A stretch of 64,000 bases of DNA, from contig NC_082716.1 of assembly GCF_030144855.1 (NCBI RefSeq), positions 80,476,001 to 80,540,000 on the forward strand, written 5' to 3'. Source of the stretch: Hypanus sabinus. Taxonomy: Eukaryota. A model generated the notes under the pieces. That model ran no database searches, had not been told where the DNA came from, and was given only the letters and a program-made list of their open reading frames with translations. Both the position numbers and the translations under genes were made by a program. This document shows positions 49,880 through 62,430 of the stretch, in pieces (within the stretch, counting starts at the first letter, position 1; each line of letters starts with the position of its first letter).

Positions 49880-50640
49880 ATGCACAAGCTCAAGAGATTC
49901 TGCAGGTGCTGGAGGAACTCATCAGGGCAGCATTAATGGAGATCAATAAATAGTCGATGTTTCGGGTAGAGACCCAAAAAAGGAAAGAAAGGGATCAGAA
50001 ACCAATAGAAGGTGGGATAGGGGAAAAAGTGGGTGGGTGATGTGGAAGTGTTGAGGGGCTGAAGGAGGAATCTAATAGGACAGAATAGTGGCCTGTGAAA
50101 GGAAGGGAAGGAGGAGGGTCTCTAGAGGAAGGTGATGGGCAAGTGAGAAGAAAGGGTAAGAGGGTAACCAGAATGGGGTATGTCAAAAAAAGAGAAGGGG
50201 GAGGGGGAAAAAAACTAATAGAAACTTGTGGATTTTGATGTTCATACCATCAGAATGGAAACTACCCAGAAAGATTGGCCGCATTGGGCTGATATTTTGG
50301 AATGAGGGATTCAATTGAAATGTGTAGCCACCAGGAAATATCATCTTTTGGGGTATTGACAACAGGTTGCACAGGATTAGTTGCTTGACAAATCTGTGTC
50401 AGGCCTCATTAATGTAGAGGCTGCCACACAGGAGCACTGGATATGGTAGCTAGACGTGGGTGAAGTGTCACCTGGAAGGACTGTTGGGGGCCCCTCAATG
50501 ATGATGATTGAAGATGGGTAGGGACAGGTTTCACACTTGTTCCATTTGCAGGAATAAGTGTCGGAGGGGAGAGATGAGTGGACAACAGAGTTGTGTAAAG
50601 AGCGATCTCCATGGAGAAAGAGAGGGGAGGGGAGGGAAAG
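49880..50640 (-). mobile_element. PLE 3' fragment with GIY-YIG remnants
   Basis: YSCKWNKCETCPY..GP..YHIQCS (GIY-YIG N-terminal region) and the terminal motif gggtctctacccgaaacatcgact. Confidence 0.7.
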
Positions 50641-50689
50641 ATGTGCTTGATGGAAGGATATAAACATCTTAATGTTTAGCCTCATTTGC

Positions 50690-50870
50690 TAAATGCCACT
50701 GTACTTCAAGGTGAGAAATCCAGGGTTCAAATCCGGCTGGCTCCTCACACGTTTTCCATCCATGCTGTACTAAGTGTCAAGCTAGCAACACGGCCTCACC
50801 AAAAAAAAGACAAAATGCTAAAGAAATAGCAAGGTTGCTGCCCTACCCGACACAAGGTATGGGGAGGAAT
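50690..50870 (+). mobile_element. tRNA-derived SINE remnant
   Basis: B-box-like gggttcaaatcc followed by gctagcaacacggcctc..aaatgctaaagaaa. Confidence 0.45.
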
Positions 50871-51140
50871 CACTATTTACTAAGAGTAGACTGGAGGACT
50901 TTGTTCCAATTCAGAATTTTAAGTTTCTGCTTGCAGAGTGCAATCTTCACAAAGGACACAAAATTTTAAACAAGACTATATTACAGTCCAGATCATGTTG
51001 TTATTGAAGCAGAAAGTGCAAAGTCTTGATGCTAGGTGGTCGGTTGGCAAGAATGATCAATGATACCTTTAGATAGAATATCTACAGTAGACTTAATAAC
51101 ACTGTTTCGCTTTTCAGATATTGATACTTTTTTCCGCATA

Positions 51141-51168
51141 CCCACCATTTTCTGTATTTGTATTTCAG
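51141..51168 (+). promoter_or_regulatory. Candidate splice acceptor for the APOBEC4 coding exon
   Basis: cccaccattttctgtatttgtatttcAG, 107 nt upstream of the ATG. An alternative AG lies at 51116-51117. Confidence 0.4.
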
Positions 51169-51275
51169 AATTCCATTTTTACACCACCATGTGCACCATT
51201 TTAACTATCGTTAAAAAAAGGTGCTGCATACATCAAAGGATTCCTTTCCGATGGAAATGAAGTGAACTCTCCATC

Positions 51276-52388
51276 ATGGCTTTTACTCATAAGGAATATA
51301 CTGCTCCTCAGGGAACGCTGGTGAAGCCCTACTACTGGCTTCACTTCACTGAAAACTGTTTGAAGTGCCCATATCACATCAAAACAGGAGAAGAAGCTCG
51401 CGTGTCGTACATGGAATTTTATGAATCATTTGGATTTCCTTATGCTCAGCCACAGCGTGGGAGTCATCTGCTTTTTTATGAACTGAAGTTATCATCAGGT
51501 ACCTTAGTGCAGAAGGGACAAGTATCCAGCTGTACTTTACACCAACTACACCCAGAATCAATATTCTTTGATACCGATGGTTATCTGGATGCACTCATGT
51601 ATTCATATGAAAACATTGCTTATATCACCATATACTCCAATTACACCCCATGCAACGAAAGAGCCCAATATTGCATAAGCAAAATGTATGATTTTTTAAT
51701 AAATTATCCAAGTACGAGATTAGATATCTATTTTTCTGCACTCTATCATACCGATGATTCCAATGTTGAATCAGGATGGAACAAGAAAGCTCTCCATTAC
51801 TTAGCAGCATTCTGGCCCAGGGTAACCATCAACCCAATCAGTAGCTGGACATGGCTGAATATTCTTCACCGATTTGTGAATGGTGTGCCTTGGACAGCAC
51901 TTTACAACCCAGTTTTACCTGAGAGAGCCCATGCTGATCTCATCAATGCCCATCAGATCGCTACCATCACTGGTGTGAACCCTTCCTACATTGATGCCAT
52001 ACCTCAGAAACCAGTTCAGGTCACGCCGCATAAGCAGCAACATTTTAAACCAGAAGGCATGAACATGTACAAGTCTTCACAAGCATCACTTCCCACTATA
52101 AACAAAATGCCATTAATGGCTCAGTATCAGCCTTATATGAGTCTTCCAAACCTACCAGCATTTCACTGGTCAATGTACCCTCTGAAACCACAGAAGACCA
52201 AGCCAAGAAATGTAGTGAGACACCTGAACATGCCCAACAAAGAGTGGGAAAAACCTACAACCCCATCACCTCACAATGTGCAAGTTACTGAAGTAGTGGA
52301 AATTCTTGAAGCTCCTGCAACGAAGAAATCAGGCAATTCAAACAGACGGGGAAAGAGCAGCAAAAGGACAAAATCTAGGAGGAAATAG
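51276..52388 (+). CDS. APOBEC4: APOBEC4 (AID/APOBEC family zinc-dependent deaminase fold), 370 aa, single coding exon
   Basis: GTLVKPYYWL..CPYHIKTGEEARVS..FGFPY..FYELKLSSGTLVQKG..HPES..GYLD..YSNYTPCNERAQYCISKMY..FSALYHT..WPRV..KPRNVVRHLNMP and a basic C-terminus. Collinear with recalled human APOBEC4 (367 aa); no stops. Confidence 0.96.
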   Translation: MAFTHKEYTAPQGTLVKPYYWLHFTENCLKCPYHIKTGEEARVSYMEFYESFGFPYAQPQRGSHLLFYELKLSSGTLVQKGQVSSCTLHQLHPESIFFDTDGYLDALMYSYENIAYITIYSNYTPCNERAQYCISKMYDFLINYPSTRLDIYFSALYHTDDSNVESGWNKKALHYLAAFWPRVTINPISSWTWLNILHRFVNGVPWTALYNPVLPERAHADLINAHQIATITGVNPSYIDAIPQKPVQVTPHKQQHFKPEGMNMYKSSQASLPTINKMPLMAQYQPYMSLPNLPAFHWSMYPLKPQKTKPRNVVRHLNMPNKEWEKPTTPSPHNVQVTEVVEILEAPATKKSGNSNRRGKSSKRTKSRRK

Positions 52389-53359
52389 CAGACCATCATA
52401 TATAAGAAAAAAAACTGTTCGAACTGCAGAATCGCTGCCCTTGCACCAGGGTAAATGCCAGTTCAGGGCACATTTGTATAGTACTTGGAGAATCTGGCAC
52501 ATGAATGCTACAAATCATGCCAATGCACCCAATGTTTGCATGACCAGATTAATATTACATTGTAACTCAATTTCAAGTTCAACTGATGGGCAAATTCGTA
52601 CTTTTATACATGTGCACTTCATTACTGCAAGCAAATTTCTACTGATTTGGGAATGAGTTAATGCCAATTCAAGAATTATGGCAACAGCTGTTACACAAAG
52701 AGGTACCAAGCTGCCATTCAGGCAAATATATGCCCAAGTCCTCAATTAGGAATAGAGACAAAGTAATAGGTAAGAGGTTACTTGGTGAACAAGCCCACAC
52801 TTCTGGAGGAGATTGATAATAGCATTAATGCTTGGCAGAAACACCTTGCAGGCCACTTAGAGGCAGAGATTATGTTGGCTTCAGCTTGACGAGCAACAGC
52901 AGACACAAATATTCTCTTGCTATCTCTCTTTCATGCAAGTAAAACAAAGCTTTTTCCAGCGTCTTTCACAATGCCCCTTCAATTCCAAGAGACATGTTTT
53001 GTTGATACTGTATGCGTATTCAGTTTACAGCCATAACACAAGTGTGTAAACATTACAATATGATTCAGCAAAGGTGCCTGAGTAAATCTATTGAACTGGC
53101 AGAACGCGGGAGGCTCTGTATCCATGATAAACTGGAAACTTATTTTTGGTATAAATAATAAAAAAAAATCAGTGCAGGTGCTAAACACATTGGTACCCAA
53201 TAAAGCAGGGAAGGAAGTGTTACGCTCACTCCGAATTGGCTGCAGTATCAAGATTCCAGGCATTATGATAAATTAATTTCCAGGTCTTTACAGATTGTAA
53301 AGGAATAGGTTTGTCCAAATCAGTCAGAATGGAATGCAATTTTATGTTAAAACCCTTCA

Positions 53360-54150
53360 GATGGGAGAAGATGGCGCCAGCAAACCATGCCACCATAGAT
53401 GACACCCTCATGATGGTCCACGAAACTGCTTTGTTCATGTCTTTTCATTCTTTTTCTTTCAAATGTCATTCTTGGTACTGTTGGGGCCTGTGATCTACAG
53501 TCTAATGGTTTGTTTTCAGGCTGATTGAGCAATCTGGCACTTTGCTGTCTCCGAGAGGGATCTGGGAGGTGAGTGGCCTCCGAGGACAAAAACCCCAAGA
53601 TTGACTCCATTTCTCACTGATTAAAGTGTCGAGGATTGAAAATATCAAGGCGAGTATTTGGCAGCAACTACCAGTTTCTTGCTCGCTACAGCTGAACAAG
53701 GTGGCTGCATGATGCGCTCTGTCTCTCCCCCCCCCCCCCCCCCCCACACAACTTGAAGCTCCTGGAGGAAGGTCCCTGCATTCAAATGATTTATCTCTCC
53801 CTCGATCCTATCAGAGCGAGATTTACGGTAATAGAACCATTTTGTGGATCGGACTGTAACTCACATTATGAGTTTTTCAGGGCTTTGAATTAGGGCTGTC
53901 TCCAGATAATGAACAATGAGCTGAACTGAATATACACTTAGTCATTTTTGTGTTTTGTAGTTTGTGTCTTCACTCGTTCTTTTTGTTGCCTTTTGTGCAA
54001 TTATGTTTCTTGCATAGGGGGTTGAGGTGGTTGATCTTTTTCTTAGAATGGCTTCAATGGCTTTCTTGGTTTCGTGGCTGTCTGGGAAGACAAATATCAG
54101 GGTTGTATGCTACATTCACACTTGGATAAATAAATGTACTTGAATCCTTT
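53360..54150 (+). mobile_element. Non-autonomous retroposon-like repeat (aagatggcg head; aataaatgtacttgaatc tail)
   Basis: Head/tail architecture like 35899-37505, with an internal poly-C run. Confidence 0.45.
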
Positions 54151-55919
54151 GGAAGCCAGTACCCTATGCTGTGAGCACAAATCTACTCCAGGGAGGGCCA
54201 GAAATGTCTTCATTTACTGAAATTGAGGTAACAATTTAGAATCCAAAAGTATTTTCCAATCAAAAGTATTAACAGGATTAGTTGTGGAAAATTTTAAATG
54301 GCATAAGAAGGTTGAATGTGAACACCAAACTTAATTGTATGACACATCTGAATAAACTAATCCAAATCTGAAATGCGTCTGTGCCTTGAGAGAAAGTTAT
54401 TCAATTAAACTTATTCTGTCACCCTTTTGTTGCACTCCACAAATTCCTTCACCTCAACAGGTGACAAATTTTGTAATTCACATTAACTCAACATCTTCCA
54501 GATAAGTTGGCAATGGACTAACTATCAGTTTGATAGGTTTAGAGGACTGCATGAAATGCTCCAGACACAGCCTAACTGGATTGTTAAAGGAGGAATCAAG
54601 AGGAGAATGGTATTAGGGCTGATACATTAGAGATTTTCAAAGAGATGTTTAGACGGGCACATGGATGTCAGGAAAATTGAAAAATGTGGACATTGTGTAG
54701 TAAGGGATTAGTCTAGCTGACCATTTGATTAGTAATTTATTTGGTTCAGCATTACATTATGGGCTGAAGGACCTGTGTCTGTTCTCTCTACATTCCATGT
54801 TCTCTCTACATTTAAATTTTCATTTATACTAGTTTATTTAGCTAGGAGTTTTGATCTTTACAACTGTTGTTAATCTTCTGTTAAGCATGTGATGCAAGAT
54901 ACCCAAAAAGATTTAAAGGACTAAACAGGTTACATACTCATTTTCACAATTACAAGCTAAATCATTTTCTATTGGGAAGGCATCTGAAAAGTCAGTGGGA
55001 GCACAAAGTGCATTTAGAAGTGCAACTTGTACCTTTCTAGTACAATTGTACAAAGGCAAGTATGCCAGATAGATGCTGAAGAGACAAGGACATGATTAAA
55101 GTGGTGTTGGATACAGAGGTGAAGTTCTTGATTGCTTAAAAAAAATAAACAATGGTCTGAAGTGATAGGAGCACCATACAAGTTGCCAAAACAAAAGAAA
55201 AAAAAATGGACAGAGAAACAAAGCAGCGTTCAAGGAGTCCAAGCAGTTTCCACCACATTCACCAACTCTGGTCCAGCGTGAAGCCTTGTTGCAGCCCTGT
55301 GACACATAGTATTGATGCAATTTAGCTCAATTGTATGGAAAAGAGATGGTGAATGATTAAAAAGAATAATATTCAAATCTTGAACTAATTAAAGAATGTT
55401 AAAGTGCCAAATATTTGTCTGGTCACAATTTGATTTCTAAAATATTTTGCAGCATCGGGCCTACCTCAAAAAAATCCTGAGCACAGATGCACTGCCTTCC
55501 AAAGTAGATGAAGGGATGGTGCAATCATAAACTAGATACAGCACATTACCTGCCAGTAGTTATACTGTACCTCCATACAACAGTAACCCTGACACAATGC
55601 TGCTGTGGATGTGACAATGCTGGAATATCCTACCCTATTCCAGTTGCAATCTAAAAACTATTGAGGTTCCATTTTCAAAGTACATGAAGACCTCCAGCAG
55701 GGATGGAACAGAGTGCATTTTTCTTTACAGAATTTTACAAAGCCCAACTTAAGCACCCAGAAAAATGTGGTCATTTGTGGATCTAATTGCCCTATACAGT
55801 AGTTATTTCTAAGCAGCTGCTAAAATGGAAACCAAGTTGACTGAAAATCAGAAGGAACTTGGGCAAAGCTCAGTTGGTATTATTTTGATGTGAACAATCC
55901 CATCTTAGTACAGAGGCAT

Positions 55920-57190
55920 CTAGAGACCAGGGATTGATTGACAGGAGATTCACGGAGGTAGTTGCACATCAGGTATAGGACACAACTAACTGGGTGACTG
56001 TCAGGAGAGGGAAAGGGTAATGCAAGATACCGCTATGGCCGTTCTCCTCTATAACAAGTAAATGGTTTCAGATACTGCTGGTGGGTGGTGGGGGAGGGGC
56101 AATCTAGCAGAGGAAAGCTGCAGCAGTCTGGACTCCGGCAAATCTGACTCTGACTCACAAAAGGAGGTAGAAGTGAGCAATAGTGACAAGGATTCCTTGT
56201 TAAGGGAACAGACAGGAGGCTCTGCAGTCAAGAACGAGATTTCCGGATTGTATGTTGTCTCCTACATGGCACAGTCATGGATATCTCTGATCGAGTACAC
56301 AGCATTCTTCTTGAACATGTTGAGAAGCCAGAGGTTGTGGTCTATGGACACAAGCAGAACAGGTGATGAGGTCCTGCAGAGAGTGTTCAGAGAGTTAGAT
56401 GCTAAGTTCAGAGTCAGGACCTCCAGGGTGGTATTCCCAGGATTACTATCCATGCCACATGCTAGTGAGACTAGAAATAGGGAGGCAATACAGGTCAGCA
56501 CGTGGCCAGGGAGATGGTGCAGGAGGGAGGGCTTCAGATCTTTTGATCATTGAGCTTTCTTCCAGAGTTTATGGGATCTGTACAGACAGAGCTTGCACCA
56601 GAACTGGAAGGGACCAACATCCTTGTGGGAAAGTTTGCTGGTGCTACAGGAGGATGGAAACCAGAGTACCGGGGTAGTTGCTGATTGAGAAGGTGTTAAG
56701 CCTACCTACAAAGACAGGAACTGAAAAAATGAGCACGTTGAAATGAGTGTTCCGAGTTGCAATGTGAGTTTCAGGGTATCGTGAGTAAGGTAGACTAGTT
56801 TAGAGCATGGGTAGAGCATAGTTTAGAGCACATGAAATTATGACTTTGCAGCCATTAGTGAGACTTAGATGCAGGAGGGGCAGGACTGCAGCTCAGTACT
56901 TTGGGATTCCACTGTTTTGGATGCGATAGAGTGGAAAGGATTAACTGGGGAGGTGTGGCATTACTAGTCAGAGAAAATATCAAGGAGGTGTTCAAACAGT
57001 ACAGACTGGACAGCTCGTCTATGAGGATATTTGGGTGAAACTGAGGGATGACCATACTAATAGGATTATATTATAGACCACCAAACAGCATTTAAAGAAG
57101 CAAATTTGTAAAGCAATAACACACAGCTGAGAGAAAAATAAAGATGTGATAGTAGGTGATTTTTAAACTTTCCAGAAATTGACTGGGACT
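55920..57190 (+). mobile_element. CR1-type LINE 5' part: decayed ORF1 (SGNH/GDSL esterase type) and the start of the ORF2 endonuclease
   Basis: ORF 56062-56553: DSLLR..DEVLQRVFRELDAK..RTSRVVFPGLL..ASETRNRE..WCRREGFR. Downstream AISETW and GGGVALLVRE. Confidence 0.8.
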
Positions 57191-57539
57191 CCAGTATTGG
57201 AGGTTTGGAAAGGACTCCAAAGCAGTCAGTATAACACTACTGGCACTTCATGCATGAAGAGACCTGGGTGGAAGCAAGGAGCTCAGTAGTCACATGGCCT
57301 GGAGAAAGAAACCCATTTTCCCATTCTAACAGCACTTGTCCTAATGCTACGGTACCTCCTGCCTAATGGTAGGGAGGTCACAGACATTCTTAGCCAGGTG
57401 GGACAGATGGGACAGATCATTGACTATGGGCACTGGGTATACAGCACTAAAGGCACTGGGTATACAGCACTTCAGATAAATATCACTAATGGATGGAAAA
57501 GAGACCCTGATGATCCTCAGCAGCCTTCACAACCCTTTG

Positions 57540-58590
57540 TGGGAACTTGTGGTCAGATGTTTTGCAATTCCCATTCCAGATGAGCAGACAATGACTCAGT
57601 GGGGTTCCTGTAAAAGTTAGTTAAATTTGGGGTGGGAAGTGGGGGGGGGGGGGGGGAGGTGAAGCCTCACTGGCCTCAATCTCCTCAGGAAGTGGAGACA
57701 CTGCTGTGTTTTATTGACCAAAGGGGTGGTTTGAGGGATCAGGTGAGATTGCCAGTTATGTGCACTCCCTTTTGCTCCCCTCTCTTTGGACTTGCTCACA
57801 CTGAGACTCAGATTGCTTTGCTTGCACTATTCTACCAACTGCTCTACCCCCTGTCTGCTGTCTTGTCTTTGTTGATGACCACAAGACATAGGAGCAGATT
57901 TAGAGCTGCTCAACCCCACTGTCCAGCCTTCTTCCTGTAACATTTGACACCCCGACTAATAAAGTAGTATGAACCTCCATTTTAAATATTCTCAGTGACT
58001 TGGCCTTCACTATTTGTGGCAATAATTCCACAGATTCACCACCTACTGGCTAAAATAAAACTCTTCCTCATCGGATTTAAATGGAGGTCCCTCTAACTCA
58101 AGGCCATGTCCTTTGGTCCCAAACTCACCCTTGAGGCCAACCACTGTTATGTCATCAGCAAAAGAGGATTCAGTTTGAACTGGATCTAGCAGAGCAGCCA
58201 AGGGTCAGCAACAATGATCGGCAGGCTGAGCACACAACCCTGGGGCACCAGTGCTCAGTGTGATGGGACTAGAGATGCTTCCATCAACATGGACTGACTG
58301 TGGCCCATCAATAAGTCTAGAATCCAGTTAACGAGAGAGGTGTTGAGACCTAACAAGGGTGGTTTACCCACAGCTTCTGAAGGATGATTGTATTAAGTGC
58401 CAAGCTGAAGCCAATGAACAGCATCCTGGCATATGAGGCACAGTTTTCCTAAGATGGACATTCCAAGTTTTCCCCTCGAGTGATAAGCAAATTGGAAAGG
58501 GTCCAATGCAACAGGAAGATGGGACTTAAATGAGATCCATAACCAGCCGCTCAAAGCACTTGTATTTGAGATCAGTGCCACTGGACAATA
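57540..58590 (-). mobile_element. Rex1/Babar-type LINE RT fragments
   Basis: ALDPFQFAY, NKTQQCLHFLRRLR, tttgctgatgacataac (FADD) on minus. Confidence 0.6.
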
Positions 58591-59435
58591 CTCATTGAAG
58601 CAGGTTACTGTGGAGTGTAGTGGACAGTGAGGAAGCTTGGAGTGTGATCTGCACCAGCTGGAAAAATGGGTTGAAAAGATGGTAGATGGAAATTAATGCA
58701 GACAAGTGTGGGGTGTTGCACTTTTGGAAGTCAAGCCAGGGTTGGATTTGTACAATAAACAGAGCACTGTAGAGTGTGGTAGAAGAGGGATCAGGGAATA
58801 CAAATCTACAATTCCTTGAAACTGTTGTCACAGATAGATAGGCTGTAAAGAGCTTTTAACACATTGGCCTTTATAAATCAGTATTGCGTAGAGAAATTGG
58901 GATGTTAGCTGAAGTTTTACAAGACATTGAGGGGGCTAATTTGGAGTATTGTGAGCAGTTCTGGACATCTACCTGCAGGAATGATATGAACAAAATTGAC
59001 AAAGTTTACAAAGATGTTGCTGGAACTTCAGGATCTGAGTTATAGGGAAAGATTAAAAAGGTTACGACTTTATTCCCTGGAGCATAGGACAATGAAGGGA
59101 GATTGTGAGGTGTGTAGATAGGTTTATACAAGCAGGGTTTCTCCACTGAGATTGGGTGAAACTGGAACTAGAGCTCACAAGTCAAGGGTGAAAGCTAAAA
59201 TATTTGAGCGGAACCTGAGGGGGAACTTCTTCGCTGAGAGAGTTCTGAGAACAGGGAATAAGATGCCAGAGGAAGTGGTGGATGTGGATTTGATTTCAAC
59301 ATTTAAGTTTGGATAAGTACGTGGATGAGAGGATGATGGAAGGCTATGCTGTGTGTCAATGGAACTAGGCAGAATAAGTTTGGCATGGACTAGATGGGCT
59401 GAAAGGCCTGTGTGCTGTAGAGGTTTTTGACTCTA
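58590..59435 (+). mobile_element. CR1-type LINE 3' fragment
   Basis: ctggaaaaatgggttgaaaagatggtagatggaaattaatgcagacaagtgtg..; 3' tail gggctgaaaggcctgtgtgctgtag. Confidence 0.7.
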
Positions 59436-59886
59436 AATTGATTACATTGCATCAGTTTCAGTTCAAAACAGAATTTCTCAATTGTTACTGAAGTTTATTC
59501 GATGAAGAATACCCATCACCTGCTAGTGATAGTGCATAAACAAGCTCCTTTCAAATAAACCAAGTACATAGAATGTGAACATGGAAGGTGCATATTGCAT
59601 TATAAAACTATAGTTGGACTATTTTGATTTTATTCTCATCAAGTAAAAATAGATTTAAGAAATATGACTCTTTGTTATCATCTCCTTCTGAAGTCAGGTG
59701 GCAGTAAAATGGTTTCATACAGGGCAGATGGTGGAAATAGCAGAGTTGTTTTTACTTTACATTTGCTTATACAAAGGATTCAAAAGAGAACTAAAGATAT
59801 GCATGGAGCTCTAGATCAAAAGACAAAAGAGAAGGAGTGGTGTGGCAGAAGCTGTTGAGAATCTCCATAACTGAGAAAAAAAAGTG

Positions 59887-60074
59887 TGAATGGCACTTGT
59901 AGAGGGATGAGATTCGACGGGCTTGTGGGAGAAGGAACCCAGACTACATTTCTGCTTTTGAGGAGGAGAAAGATTTCTACTGAATGGCACTTGTAGAGGG
60001 ATGAGATTCGACGAGCTTGTGGGAGAAGGAACCCAGACTACATTTCTGCTTTTGAGGAGGAGAAAGATTTCTAC
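59887..60074. repeat. Tandem duplication of a 94-bp unit (2 copies, 1 mismatch)
   Basis: 59887-59980 versus 59981-60074; the only difference seen is cgacgGgc versus cgacgAgc. Confidence 0.95.
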
Positions 60075-60889
60075 TGTAGAGTCCCAGTGTTGACTTGGGC
60101 AAGGGAAGAGTGTTAAGTAATACAAAGATTTGTAATGAGGATTGGAGACCAAAATATTAAGCATTGGTGATCATGAAGATGGCAAAACAGTAAGTCAGAA
60201 CAAATTATTGGCACTGAATGATTTACAGGTTATGAATAATATCTAATGTATCTGTTCAATGTCAAGCTGGAACAGAGTGCTTCTTATATAGAGTAAATTA
60301 TTGGATAATCTTAAAACTGACTCAAAAGTAGACTCATTTGTGCAAGTGTGCTGGAAATGGTTGATCATGGTGAAATGTGCACCTTCTGAATCAGGCTCCA
60401 AAATCAAAGTCTTTCATCTTAAATCAACAGTTCTCCAAAATGCCACTAAAATGATTTAGAGATTAGGTTTTTATGGCAAAAATATAGAACACTATACAGA
60501 ATTTGAAACTCCATTATAAAAATGTTGATTAGTACATTGCAAGGCAATTCAGTCAAATATAGCAAAAGTCAATAAAGCAGTCATTTAGATAATCATTCTA
60601 AACTAAGCATTTGGATCAAACACAAATCAAGTTAAGTTTATTGTCATTTAACTATATACATATGTGGTCAAGTGAGAATATTTCTCCAAGCCATGTCATA
60701 AAGCACTGTAATACACATAACATAACTTATGAAAGCAAGGATGAAATCTACAAATGGATTACACATAAAGAGCATAAATTAAATATTGTAAGGTGCTGAA
60801 CAGATTAACCAGTGACACTTTGAATATGATGCAGCATTAAACAGTCAAACTGCAAGATTCTAAAATCATTTCTCCAGGACAAAGACAAT

Positions 60890-62430
60890 AATAAAATATT
60901 TTGACAAACCTGACCAGTTTCCCTCCACCACCACCCTCCATCTGGCAAAACTGGTCTTCACACTCAACAACTTCTCTTTTGGCTCGCATGGGCTTCAGCT
61001 ATCCCTGCCTATTATATGGCTATATTAAACAGTCCATATTCCAAGCCTTCACTGGTAATGCTCCCCAACTTTCTCTGCACTATATTGACAACTGTATCCG
61101 GCACTGCTTATGTACCAATGATGAACTTGTCAAATTCATCAACTTTGCATCCAGCCTCCACCCTGCCATCAAATTCACTTGGTCCCTTTCTGACACCTCT
61201 TCTCCTTCTTAATCTGTTACCATCATTGGCTTCTGATATCTTTTTATCAGTATCAGCCATCATCTTAGCTGCACTTCATCACATGCCATCACTCGTAAAA
61301 ATACCATGGTCTTTTCTTAGTTCCTCTATCCCTGCCACATCTGGTCCCAGGATGAGGCTTTCCTTTGCAGTACAGAGATTTCCTCCTCCTTCAAAGAACA
61401 GGATTTCTCTTCCCACTTTATTGATACTGCACTCACCTGCATCTCCTCCATTCCTGGGCATCCCCCTCATCTCATCTTCCTGTTGTCTTTTTCAGGGATA
61501 GAGTTCTTGTCCATGCCTAACACTCATAAGCATTCAAATCTAGCACATCAGCTTCCTCAACGTCTGCCATTGTCAATGAAATCCTACCACTGAACTATCT
61601 TTTACCTTCTCCCCACAAGGAGAAACCTCTAACTCACTTATCCACTGATCTCCCTCCTGGCACTTGACCCTGCAAGTAGAAGTTCTACACCCGTCCATTC
61701 AGTTCCACCATCACCCACCATTCAGGACCCCAAACAGTCTTTCCAGGTGATGCAATACTTCACTTGCAAATCTGTTAGGATCATCTACCGTACGTACTGC
61801 TCCCAGTGCAGCGTCCTCAACATCAGCAAGACCTGATATAGATTAGGGGACTGCTTTTTGAGCGCCTTGGCTCCATCCACAACAAGATCTCCTGGTGGCC
61901 AACTATTTTAGTTGATATCCCCATTCCCATATGTTGATTCATTGCTCCTCTATTTTGTTTGGAGGAGTAGCACTTCACCTGGATACTCTCCAATCTGATG
62001 GTTGGAATACCTACCTGATAATTTCTCCCCACTTCTCTCTCATTCGCCATTCTGGCTTCCCCATATCCTCTTCTCTTCACCCGCCTATCACCTCCCCCTG
62101 CATCCCCTCCTCCTTCCCATTCTCCCATGGCTCACTGTCCTCCAGCAGATTCCTTCTTCTCCAGCCCTTACCATTTCCACCAGACCTCCCAGCTTCTCAT
62201 GTTAGCCTCTTCCATGCCCACCTACCTCCCCCATCACATGGCTTCACCCATCACTTTCAAGCTTGCACTCCTTCCTCTCCCCACCTTATTCTGACTTCTT
62301 CTCTCTTGCTTTCCAGTCGTGAAGGGTCTTGGCCAAAACAACTGTTTATTCTCCTTTCCACAGATGCTGCCTGATGAGCTTAGTTCCTTCAGCATTTTGC
62401 ATGCCAGTCTGGATTTCCAGCATTTAGAGA
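60890..62430 (+). mobile_element. PLE fragment: RT C-terminal part, GIY-YIG remnants and 3' end
   Basis: LHYIDNCI (YIDD-like), FINFASSLHPAIKFTWSLS, and acttcacttgcaaatctgttaggatcatctac (TC.S..IIY, GIY-YIG). Ends gatgctgcctgatgagcttagttccttcagcattttg. Confidence 0.8.

Noticed and set aside
57429-57471. 20-bp direct repeat separated by 3 nt
   Set aside because: Only two units inside decayed LINE sequence. A simple slippage duplication, not a CRISPR-like array.
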